Shown here: one piece after another, positions 37,495 through 49,449 of the stretch | How positions within the stretch are numbered: position 1 is the stretch's first letter | Layout of the letters: the number at the start of each line of letters is the position of its first letter | Notes under the pieces: model-generated | Database searches by the model: none | What the model was told of the DNA's origin: nothing | What the model saw: only the letters and a program-made list of their open reading frames with translations | Program-made: the position numbers and the translations under genes | Origin: Takakia lepidozioides | Lineage: Eukaryota; Plantae; Bryophyta | Assembly (NCBI GenBank): GCA_030704615.1 | Contig: CM060731.1 | Span: forward strand, 84,444,001 to 84,508,000 | Direction of reading: 5' to 3' | DNA length: 64,000 nucleotides

Positions 37495-39165
37495 TGCGAA
37501 TGCGGCGCCGCATTTCCGTTAAGTACCATCACGAAGCTACACATCCGTACTTGTTGGAAGAAAATGCGGCACCGCATTTCCGTTCCATCTTCACATACCT
37601 TAGTTGTTGAACGGAAATACGGTGCCGCATTTCCGTCCCACAGCTCCATGTATGAGATACAAAAGGGAAATGCGGCGCCGCATTTCCGTTCTGGAATGTC
37701 GAAAGGTGCGATTCGGACGGAAATGCGGCACAACATTTCAATTCCCGTGGTTCATGATTTCAATGTGAACGGAAATGCGGTACCGCATTTCCGTTCCCCC
37801 TTCACATACTTAGTTGTTGAACGGAAATAGGGTGCCGCATTTCCGTCCCACAGCTCCATATGTGAGATACAAAAGGGAAATGCGGCGCCGCATTTCCGTT
37901 CTGGATTGTCGAAAGGTGCGATTCGGACGGAAATGCGGCACAACATTTTAGTTCCCGTGGTTCATGATTTTCAATCTGAATCGAAATACGGTACCGCATT
38001 TCCGTTCCCCCTTCACATACCTTAGTTGATGACGGAAATGCCGTGCCACATTTCCGTTCGGGAAAGTATAGAGGTCTCACCTGAACAGAAATGCGGTGCC
38101 GCATTTCCGGTCTGGAAAGTTTGAAGGTGTCACATGGATGGAAATGCGGCACACATTTCCGTCCGTCCAAAGCTCCAGGCTCATATACAAAACGGAAATG
38201 CGGCGCCGCATTTCCGTTCTAGAATGTCGGAAGCTGCGACTCGGACGGAAATGCGGTGCCGCATATCTGTTCCCGTTGTTCACGATTTTCAGACTAAACG
38301 GAAATGCGGTAGCGCATTTCCGTTCTGTAGAGTATTAAGGTCTAACTGTCGGAAATGTGGTGCCGCATTTTTGTTTCCACAGCTCCATGCCCCTCACATA
38401 CAAAAACGGAAATGCGGCGCCGCATTCCGTTTTGGGAATGTCGGAAGGTGCGACTCCGAACGGAAATGTGGTAACCGGCATTTCAGTTCCGATTTTTCAT
38501 TTTTTTCATCAGAACGGAAATGCGTGCCGCATTTGCGTTCTGGAATGTTGGGAGGTGCGACTCCGATGGAAATGCGCTGCCGCATTTCAGTTCCGATGGT
38601 TCATGATTTTCAGTCAGAAGGAAATGCGGACGCATTTCCGTTCTGGATAGTATGAATGTCTCAAGCGTTCGGAATTGCGCTGTCGAACGGAATTGCACTC
38701 GGCTCCCATGCATCAGATACAAAATGGAAATGCGGCGTAGCATTTCCGTTCTGGAATGTCGGAAGTGCGACTCGGACGGAAATGCGGTGCCGCATTTCTG
38801 TTCCCGTGTTCATAATTCTCAATCAGAACGGAAATGCGGTACCGCATTTCGTTCCACCTTCACATACCGTGCTTGCTGGATGGAAATGCGTTCCCGCTTT
38901 CTGTTCTGGAGAGTGTTAAGGTCTCACCTTGCGGAAATTCGGTGCCGCATTTCTGTTCCCTTTGTTCATGATTCCATCAGAACGGAATGCGGTAACCGCA
39001 TTTTCTGTCCACCTTCACATACCGTGCTTGCTGATGGAAATGCTTACCGCATTCCGTTCTGGAGAGTATAAAGGTGTCCCCCGGACGGAAACTCGGTGCC
39101 CGCATTTCCGTTTCTCTGGTGCATGACCAACATGCAATACGGAAAATGCGGCGCCGTATTTCCGT
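37495..39165. repeat. 52-53-bp-phased palindrome array (copy B), about 30 units, in the divergent intergenic region
   Basis: Cores at 37561, 37614, 37667, 37720, 37772, 37824, 37877, 37930, 37983 and onward; same spacer types as array A in reverse orientation. Confidence 0.95.
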
Positions 39166-39632
39166 CCACCAGCAATCGAAGAATCACTCGGACGGGAAAT
39201 TTGGAACCTCTGGGTTGCATTGTTCCGAAACAACACAATTGCGGCCAGTCTTGATGAGCACAACTTGGTTGTCTGACCGTTTTAACTAACAGTACTGGCA
39301 CTTGTCAGTACGAACGTTCCTGTCTGCACCGAGAATACTGCTGGATCCACCCTCAGGAGAAACTGTCAGGAGATGTTATTTCGTCGCCGAATCGGCCATC
39401 ATTGTCATACTTACTGGCTATGGAATCACAACACCTCCCACCTTCATGCATGTAGCTTGAAACAATACTTTCCACTTCAATGTGCGACTTCCAATCGTCG
39501 ATGGACTCCGCATGGTGCCTGTGAGCCTTGGTCTGTCGCTATAACTGAACCTCGCAATTGCCAACTTCGTGCGGTCTTCGATGGCTCCGAATTCCTACGC
39601 TATAGTTTGCTGTCCTCCGCAACTTGGGAGAG

Positions 39633-42600
39633 CATGGATCCCAAACGAGGGAGGACTTTGCAGAGTGACTGAAACTACCTTTGTTCAAATTCAAGCTCAA
39701 ACCGGGCACAGTTTATTTGGAAGAAGAAAGGAAGGATGTTCCTGGACAGGTTGACGAGACCATTGTCGTGCTAGGTAACGACGGAGGTTGCGGAATCGAA
39801 TGGCACGTACCCCCATCAGACACCATCCTGTACCGAGCTGTGGGAATGCCCATTCCCTTTCCGAATCAGTCGCTGCCCCACACCATCCACAAAGGAGTCC
39901 GGAAACCGACAGGCGGCCACTGCCAACAGAGAGGTATGCAACGATAATCATTCCCGACCTGGACCGTCAAGACCCATAGCTTCTCGTGTGGACGTATTCG
40001 ACATTTCCAACGAGGAAGATGATTGCATTGAGGTACCCATGTCCTCCACACGGTCGTTCAAATCCGGCATGGACGTCTCTGTAGGTGCTACGCATGTGCC
40101 CTCGAGCATAACTCCAACCCGGTCCATTGTGCAGCTCCTATGACAACAACATCACCTCGATGGTTCTCGCTCCGAGCTGGCTGCTCTCGACTATGCCAAA
40201 TTCCCAGTCAGAAAGGTAACATTTCTGCCTCCCAAAGTCGATGGCAATGTCATCTTCGAGTTTCCACCTGTTTCTTCGTCAACAAAGCCTCCGGGATGTT
40301 AACAGACATGGATCGAAAGCATGACGGACACCCCTGGTGTGTGACGAAGACCAGTAGCACGAAAATTGCTGATGGTGTTCGTGTACGATATGTCCTCTGT
40401 GCGGGGAAGCTGAGGTGCCTCAATCCCACCTGCTTCCACTTTCTCTCCAAAGGAGGGCGGAGAAACGAGACGGATTGGACTGGCACAACGCATCATCCAT
40501 TCATTGTCTCCAGCCAAGCTCCTGCGGGTTCTTTCAAGTGTGCACATTGCAAAGAACCACCGACGTGCATGTCCATGTGCAGAGCCAAGCAATTACGTAA
40601 TCCATTTGCTCCCGGACTTGACTAGAGCTTGCATACACGTTGGGGTCCACTGCCACCCCTTGGCGAGAGGCAACATGCGTGAGGCTGTGCAGGAAGCACA
40701 CGACATCATAAAAGAGGAGGTGAAATTGAGCCCCGGAGCCAGACCAAAGCAGATTCAGCTGAAGGCAGCCCACAAGATTGCTCTTGGCAAAATCATGTCT
40801 GAAGATGGTTCCGACCGAGAGCCCTTGACCGAAGACGAGATGCGTGACCTCTTGGAGTCCGTCTCGCACGTTTGTAGTCCGAATGTGCGGAATCACATCG
40901 TATCTTGCAAGCAGGAGTTCGGCAGGGGGTCGGACATGTACTCAATCCTGGAGGTGAAACGAATGACTGATATGACTACATCCAAGGTAGCAGGTTTCCA
41001 GGGCAAGGCAGCGAATCCGATCGTTGTTACATTTTCAAAATGTCGACGTGTGGGCCTGGGAGTGGAGTCGACTTGGTCACTCGCATGACAACTGGAAACT
41101 TGTCGAATGCTTGGGTGATGTTTGATCACATCAAGCGAATTACAAACCATCAGTGGGTGACTATGGGTGCGCATGTTTATGACTATCACTCCAAGAGGCT
41201 CATGACGATTGCAATCTGCGAGATGAAAGGGGAGGACACACAGTCCGAGATGCATCTGTGGGAGGGCATAAACGAGCAGATGGCAAGGGCGGGATTGCCA
41301 GAGCCCAATTTCAGGGGATTCATGGCAGACAACGCTCAGGCCAACTGGGCAGCGGTGCGGCGTGTGTACGGTGAGGACCCCAATGTTCCAATGGAGGGGA
41401 AAGAGAGATCCTGTGGATTCCATTGGATGCAGAGTCTATCCCACTACACTACCAAATTTGTTGCTAGCTCATTCCAGGCTGAACACCGTGTCCTTTGTAC
41501 GGCGTGGAAGGATGCACCCACATTTGATGACGCGGAGATTAAGTTTGCTATCATCGAGGCTTGGTGGAACACGTCAGGTGCAGTGGAGACAACCAATCTG
41601 GGAGCATTGCACAGCTGGTTGGGGTGGTGGCATTTTCGGTATCGACAGTTCGGACAGTACATGCGGGAGGTAGGCTGCTGTCATTTTCGTTCATTTGTCT
41701 TTCTGTTACGGACATTTCGATTGGTCCCTCACCATTGTTTGTGTCCTTCTAGGAGCGGTGCTTGGATTCCGACACGGACATGCCGAACACGAATATGGCA
41801 GAATCGGTCCACTCCTCCTGGCGAGCGTCTTCTGCCGCACATCTGGTGGACGTAGTGACGGCCACAACGGAGGACATCGACAGAGCAATCATGCAGCAAG
41901 CCACGTACTACAAGTTCCTGAGCGCAAACAATGGGGCTTTGGGCCGGACAGGGAGGAATTGTTGGTACGAACAGCTTCGAGGTCCAAGAATCCACTGAAA
42001 TGGGCGACAACATTGCGAGAGAAGATCAAAGGGACGCCTCTGCACCGCAGAGGTGAACACCTAGAGGGGGACGTCCGGACTCGCCCTGTGAGGCGGAGGA
42101 TTGAAGAGGAACCCGGGTGCGAAGAGGATTCCTGAGATCCGACAGGAACATTCGGACAGCACCTCGAGGTCCCGTCATGTTGCCGCACAATGTGTCTTCC
42201 AGCAGTGGAAGCCCAAGAAATTCCAGATCGCCGTCGCCTTCAACCGGGGATTTCGTGCGAAATTCCCACCGCTCCCTTGCCCCAGATTCCGCCCGCTGTT
42301 ATGCAGTATGGCCAAGCCATTGTGGAGACGACTGTGTCTGCATCACAGTGGAGAATTGCTCGCACAAAGCCGTCGTTTCGAGGAAGGTGTTCCGCAATTC
42401 GTGTGGATACACGGCAACGTTGTTTAGAGATGATAAGGAGGAATCCAGATGGGGCTGTCCCTGCTCCTACTTTACAGGAAGATTTGTCCATGCAAAGTTT
42501 GCGGAGGCGACAACCACCCAGTTCTGGTTCTGCAGGCACGACATTATGACTTGCGTGTATGGAAAGCCCAAGTACGCATACAACAATGCCAGAGGCTCCC

Positions 42601-43173
42601 CGGTGTGGCCGGTGGAACCAGGCTGCGATCTGAGTCAGGTTGAGGCCGACGCCCTTACCGCCGCAGGATTTCGGATGGTGCAGCGCACTGACGTCCCCAG
42701 ACAACCATTTCGCTTCCACAGCCTCCACCACCGACCCCTGTGAGAGCAAGAACAATGGGACACGACAGCTCTAAGCATCCTACAACCGTTGGGGGAAACC
42801 GAAGAGGCGGCGACCTCCCTCAAAAGTGAACGAGACAAGGATGGGGAATGCACTTCGGATGAACTGTACAATCCAGAGCTTGACAGAAGTGCCCCCCACC
42901 AGGATTCGGGCGTGTGTATCAGATGGCCACGTAGGCTCAGCTGTTCGCAATGAGGTGTACACCATCACCATTTCAGAATTACCCACCTGCAATTGCACCG
43001 ACTTCCAGATCATGGCGAACAAGGGGGCATCATACTGCCCTTGCAAGCATTTGTACTACGTGTACCTAAAGAGACTCCGTTGTAATTCCACAACTCATCA
43101 CTTCATACATGCACCAGGGTTGAGCCCCCAGGAGGTTCACACTCTTCTGAATATGGATCCAGGGGACCAGTGA
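39633..43173 (+). pseudogene. Mutator-superfamily transposase: GCM-like Zn domain, DDE, FWFC domain, SWIM (frameshifted)
   Basis: CAGKLRCLNPTC...CAHC...C.A...RACIHVGVHCHP (GCM/WRKY-like); WVMFDHIKR, FMADNAQAN, CGFHW, NTNMAESVH (D-D-CxxH-E); FWFCRHD..C..WPV; PTCNCTDF...CPCKHLYYVY; intron about 41670-41751. Start is approximate. Confidence 0.82.
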
Positions 43174-43759
43174 GCTTGGCTTGCGGTCCAATAATGGTAC
43201 GCCCATCCTTTTCGGATAGTAGAACTGTACTGCTGCCAGTACCTCAGACTCTGGCCACAGAAAGGTCCGACATATGTCTTGCCTACCAGTAACCTGTTTT
43301 GCTCGAACTAAGATATTACTATATCGTTCACTTGTTTCCACGTGCATGTATTTGTATGTTGGAGGGTTCATGTTTTTCTGCTTTCCGAAAACTTGCTTTC
43401 CTCATTCGACCTCCGACAAGGAAATGCGGCGCCGCATTTCCAAGTATCGTCGTAGGTACTGGTAGAGGCGGCCTTCGCCAACACCAAACCGCTCCGAAAT
43501 TTCGCACGTGCGAACCCTAATGCGGCACCTTATTTCCCAGTTCAGTTGCAAACCTTTCCCGCCGAATACCCGAAGAAGACAGAATTGTGAAGTACTGCAG
43601 ACTCTATTGGTGCAGACTCCATTGGTTCAATCGCGGCAAAAGGGTCAGCTTCATTCCAATGTTAAGGCATGTAAAACGCGCGGAATACTCTATACAGGCC
43701 AGTGCGACGTCCTTTTGCAGTGGTATACTGGATTTCCCGTTGCACGGTCACTTATTTCC

Positions 43760-44025
43760 ATGAGCGGATCTAAAAAACCATGAGCGGACTTGTTACTGAC
43801 GACATATCTTCGCCGCATTACATGATCTGGAACGTCCAAAAACGGCAAGGTCAATAAAAAAAAAACTATTATTTTAATACTTGTTTAATCTGCCGCATTT
43901 CCAAATTTGGAGGAGTCCGCTCATGAAATCCGCGTATCTTAGACTTCGGCTCACCGCTCATGCGGCTCATGCGGCTCATGGCTCATGGCTCATGGTTTCT
44001 GCTCATGAAATAGTAAACCTCATGC
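43760..44025. repeat. GCTCATG/CATGAGC short tandem motif downstream of the transposase
   Basis: catgagcgga twice, then about 7 copies of gctcatg; isolated array palindromes or half-sites at about 43422, 43520 and 43890. Confidence 0.7.
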
Positions 44026-44032
44026 GAAGCGC

Positions 44033-45582
44033 ATGGAGGCTTTACAACAGCAGTTAGAAGTGTACAAACTCAGAGAGGAGCACACTCTCAGAGAACCACA
44101 AGCAACTTGGTGGATAACAGCCTTATGCAGGTCTGGTTAGCACAAGGGCCAGTGGAGGGCAAAGCACCACGAAAGCTCACCCAAAGCGAAATGAATGAGC
44201 TCAGACTGCAAGTGCAGAACATTGCCACAACTACTATAGACAATGTCTATAGTAGGATAGCAGAGTTACAGGAGGATGTAGACGGACTGCAGACTCAAGT
44301 GGAGGACCTCACTTCAAATATCGACAAAAGAGTCTATATCCCTCAGGAACAGCTAATGGCTTCTTATTTACAAGCCAGAACTTTGGCTTTTCAGTCTTCA
44401 CAGGAGGTGCAGGAGATGCCAATGATACAAGAGCCAGTACCACCAAACACCACAACAAGTCACTGTACCAGTAGCTGAACTTGTTGTTACTACAACCACA
44501 CACAGCCACCACAGCCTGAGGTATGGGCAATGCTGCTTTTAACCCACCTAAAACTCCAGCTGCAAAGGAGTACAGTAGGGCTATGATTATGCCCTTCAAC
44601 CAAATTCCCATCATGTTGGATTTGGCTTGGAAAGAATTTAGTCCTCCATAGTCATTCGCACATTACTACCAAATCATGCGTATTTGGCTGCCAGTGGCAA
44701 CTAGAACTAAAGTTCTTCCGAACAATCGACATATTGAGGATCATCACTTTGCACAATACTGGCATGAGGCAAGTACAATGTTGAAGGAATTAATTGCCTT
44801 CCAAGTTGTACATGGATTCATTTATACCAAGACCAAGGAGGTAGCAAGTATTGTCATGGGATGCGGGTTATACTACGCTGCTTGTTTTCTGGTACGTTAT
44901 CACATTGAGCAGCACAAGATGCAAGCGCGCTTTCTGAGTTATTCCAGTGGGGATCATTGGGTTTTACCTTCAGTGCCACCTCATATGTACCTATATGAGG
45001 CAAAAGTTATGATGCAAAAGGATTCTCAAATTCGTTCATGGTTTCAAGCGGCCTGGAACAATTTGTCAACACAGAAATTCGGCATTGATGATATTTTTCT
45101 ATAAGGGACATGTGGCATGGAAATACTTGCACGGTGCACAAGTAATTGGTACCCCACTCACCTGGACAGACAAGGAACTCAGTGTCTTCACCAATTTTGC
45201 TGTTCAGCGTTTACAGCAAGTTGTAAAATATAAACTTCTAGACATGGTAGGACACATTGTATGCCCCAGAGGATTCCACAAAAAGTTCGACAATTAAAAC
45301 ACCTGAGAGGCGATGAGGATTCTGATACAACTGTTTCTTCAGGATTCTTTTGACATGGGAGAAGACTATGCATTACAGATGGCAGAGAAGAAGCGACGGG
45401 GGTCTCCTATGCCTGAAAGGTTACCTCGATATCAGCCTCCAGAGGGCCTCACTTATCCGGGTACTGTTCAAACATCTCCGTCAACCAGTGACAGACCTCG
45501 GGCTCGTACACACAGTCCGCCACGAAACTCTCAACGTCAGAAAGGTGCTCACTCACAAAGGTTTGCTAATCGCAATCAGTAA
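44033..45582 (+). pseudogene. Extra 3' ORF of LTR family B (coiled-coil plus unknown conserved domain)
   Basis: Frameshifted ORFs directly upstream of the PPT and LTR; homologous to 50775-51407. Confidence 0.65.
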
Positions 45583-45603
45583 ACCGTGAGGACACGGCTT
45601 TTT

Positions 45604-46600
45604 GAGAAGGGAAGGGGTAATGTTAGAGGACTGTCTGGGACTTAGACACTTATACGGGATCTGTAGGGTACCCTTAATTTTTGCACAGACTGAGATCAAC
45701 AGGAGCCTTAGGGTGACAGCAGCACACTGTAAAAGGGGGTTACACAGTCCATCACACACCCATAGCCCGTCACAGTCGTCACAGCCGACACAGCTAACAC
45801 AGCCCGTCACAGTCGTCACAGCCGACACAGCCATCACAGCCCGTCATAGCCGACACAGCCACACAGCCAGTCACAGCTCGACACAGCCAGTCACAGCCCG
45901 TCACAGTTTCACACAGCCAGTCACAGCTTGACACAGCTGTCACGACCATAGGGAACAGAGAGCAGGATAGGGAACGACTGTGGGGAACAACACCTGCAAT
46001 TGGAACATGTTAGTTCACGAACGACGGTTAGTGAGGGAAACGGTTAGAGCCACGAGTAGGAAGATAAAGGGAGAAGCAAGGACTGAGAAGGGGGATTATT
46101 CTTGGAAGCACGTCAGGGGGAGAACTTCTTGGTCAGGGAAGAGAGGGGATCGGGCGGAGAGCAAGAACGGAAGCAAGCATGGAGAGCACGGTGAAGGAGG
46201 AGAGATGATTAGCATATGCTTGTTATATGCAAAGCTGTAGTGATATTGAAAGCAGATTAGAGACACAATGGCTTCGGCCTGATACCTGATAAATCATTAT
46301 CTGATACTTATACGATACAATCACACTGTGTAGAGAGATTTGAGTGAAGCTGTGGAATGAATGGATGAGTTGAAGGAATCCGATAGATTGATGAAGCAAA
46401 CTGATACTTAATTATCAATGGTAAGGTAGCTAACATGAATGTGGAAAGGGAAACAAATAGGAAACACCCCCATGATACACTAGCTGTAGGTCATGACTGA
46501 TTGTTCTGAGCGGGCTGAGTACTTAGAGATTTCCAACTCTTCTATCTTGGAGTTTCCACCTCGGATAGCGAAGGGATGGGTGAGTAAAAACCGCGCGACA
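45604..46600 (+). mobile_element. Polypurine tract plus 3' LTR of family B
   Basis: GAGAAGGGAAGGGGTAA, then TGTTAGAGG (45621) to CCGCGCGACA (46600); abuts the 3' part of the pogo ORF. Confidence 0.92.
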
Positions 46601-48416
46601 CCCACCACCACCAGCGACAAGTCGTCGTCGACCTCCATGGGCTTCTGACTGGCCCCCACTGCCTCCTCATCATCGACGTTGACGTCATTGGGCTGAACTT
46701 CGTCGTCCCCATCGTCAACAACCACAAAGTAGTGGTGCTGGTCTTCGGTTGTTACCCGACATACAAGTGCCCAATACCTCTTCCACGTGAAGCTCTGAAA
46801 CCAGGTCTTTTTCCTCTGGTTCTGGAGTGGTAGGATGCATGGGGTCTGTGCAGGTCTGCTCCTTAGTTTGGTTTGAGAAACACTCAGATGGGCCCACCTC
46901 TCCCACCATAGCTTCAGAATTGAGTGGCCAAATGCCTGTAGTCTTGAAACCCTTTGCAATGTTGTGGGGGGTTAGCCCCTTCTTCAAGGCAAGTGAGACC
47001 CATTGGGCCAGATCTTCCTTGAGAGCTCCTCTCCCCTTATGAGCCATGGTCCATACATCTCTGTACTTCCGGAAAGCTGTCTTGAATGGCTTGAACACAG
47101 CCACATCAAGAGGGTGGAGTGCATGGGAAGTGTGGGAAGGAAGTGTAATCACGTCCAGTCCTACTGATCTAGCTTGTTTGACAACATCTAGAGTGACATG
47201 CAAGTTATGACCATCCAAGATCAGCAAGTGCCTATTTGTGATTGAGATCTCATTGCCCATTGCCTTTGCTGATTCCAAGAAATGTAAGATCCATTCGTGA
47301 AATAATATTGTTGTCATCCATGCCTTCCTTTGCATTGCCATTGTAGCACCAGATTCGCATTTGTGAATGTAATTGCGATGAAATCTTTTACCTTTGAAAA
47401 TGTAGAAGTTCGGAATATAACTTCGAGCAACGTTCATGCAGGTGAGGACACTCAACCATTCGCATTGATCTGGCGTTATCGAATGGAAAGCTCTTGAACC
47501 AACCTTGGCAAGCACAATGGCACCTCCATTTCGCTCAGCTTGGGCCCCTGACTCGTCACAATTCCAGATCCTCTCAGCCCCATAGTTATGCTTGTTGTAC
47601 ATTTCTGTCAGTTCGCATAGAATGTTTGAACATTTTCAAGACATAGTCCCTTGGCCCTTCCACTCTCAAGTCCTTGAGCTACTCTTAGACTTAGGTGTGG
47701 ATGTCTAGACCTGAACCATCTCACCCACCCCCAGCCAAGGATCCCTTTTGTGAAAGGTGTGAGCTGTTCTTGAGTAAATTCTGCTACCTTGAGACGGAGT
47801 TGGTCATGTCAAACCAATATCTTGCATTTTTTCAATGTATTTCACTAGTTTATCCTCCTCATTGGCATCTAGCGTTCCCTTGCTGCCTCTCTTTCTTGTC
47901 GTAGTAACTCCATACCAATGGTTTTGTAGACTAGTTGCAAGAACCCCAAACATCCGTGCCGCAGATCTGATGTCGTCCCCTCCATCAACAACTGCCATGG
48001 CTCCTTGGAGCTGCACATCAGTCCAGTTCCCGTTTTTATGTGGACGCGGTCCTCTTCTTGGCCGCCCCCCCTTCCTAGCAGGAACTTCTTCGTTACTCTC
48101 CACATTGAAATCAGATGGATCTGATGGTCCTTTTGTTGCATGTGTAGTTGTATCGATCACCACTTCACTCTTTTGTAGATCCATGACGAGCTTGAAATTC
48201 AACATTGGAATCCTGCCCTTGGCCCCATTGATAATATTGATCACTCTCGTCTTCAGATTGACTGCCCTCATTTGTTGCATGTTCACAACGCTCATTGTAT
48301 GCATGATCAGAGTCACTCGGATGGCTGCCAATCTCTACTCTGTTGTCACCCTCATCAACTACCTCGGTGTCTGGCAGTAATCGGAAAGCTTGGGAAGGCC
48401 TAAAATCTTGGTCCAT
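46601..48416 (-). pseudogene. pogo/Tc5-like (DDE_1) transposase with HTH-psq and CENP-B-type HTH
   Basis: WTDVQLQGAM..V..G..IRSAARMFGV..TSL; IWNCDESG, AWMT, LLILDGHNLH, LPSHTSHALHPLDVAVFKPFK; frameshifted and 3'-truncated by the LTR. Confidence 0.9.
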
Positions 48417-48984
48417 GGCTACTGCAGCAAACACACGTCTCCCCTCTGAACTGAATCCTAGCAACTAAACTAGCAACTAAGTCTGCACTTCACTTAAGTT
48501 TGCACTAAGCCTAAACTGATCCAGAAATCATCTCTAATCTACGCAGCCCCCTCATGGATCGTGCACTGCAGTTAGCGAGATATGTGTATCGTAGTCCCTC
48601 ATAGTTTTCAGCGCGAGTTTCAAATGGCCCCCTATGAATTTCAAATGGGCACCCTATGAATTTGAATGTGAGCAGCCGCCCCACACTGAATGAAAATTAC
48701 ATCGCCGCAAATCTGACCCACTTGGGCTTTCATACAACGTTAATTAAGTTAAGAACGTGTGTACACCAAATCCTCAGCTTTATTAAGATGCAGCCCTAAT
48801 CAAGTTACACATGGTATAGTATTCTGTACGCGTATGGTCACGTAACAAATCTACATGTACAGGAGGATGCCCATAAGTGCATCCAATTTAGCCCATTGGA
48901 TGCAATGTCTCCATTTAAGGGGTGTATGAACCCACTTTACAGCCCAAAAATAGGGGTCCATTTCAAGACCTGCTCACATTTGGG

Positions 48985-49215
48985 TGTAACTACCTTACAT
49001 GCACCAACGTTGAGCCCCAATGAGGTGCACAAGCTCCTCAACATGGATTCAGGGCACCAGTGAGCTTGTTTTCCGGGGCTCAACGCAATGTTACGCTCTT
49101 CCTTTTCGAAGTCTCAGTTATAGTAAACTATACTGCTGCAAGTACCTCTGACTTTGGCAACAACCGTGCCCACAGAACTGTTTAAGTTATGTCTTGCCTG
49201 TACCAGTACCTATAA
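48985..49215 (+). mobile_element. 3'-terminal remnant of a GCM-MULE transposase gene
   Basis: Nucleotide match to about 43100-43310 (HAP.LSP.EVH.LLNMD.G.Q* plus 3' UTR). Confidence 0.75.
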
Positions 49216-49449
49216 GATAGGTACGACTAAAAATATTATCTTGTATGAAATCTAATCTCCATACCATAAAAAAGATATACATATGAAATGGATTCAATCA
49301 AAACAATATATACGGTGCAATATATAGATGATAATGTCATAAAATTTTATCATTGTAATGATATCATATATTTATATATATACTCACATACACACAAATA
49401 TTTAAAATAATAATAAGAGGGGCGATGGCGGAGCTCCGCGGCCCCCCCA

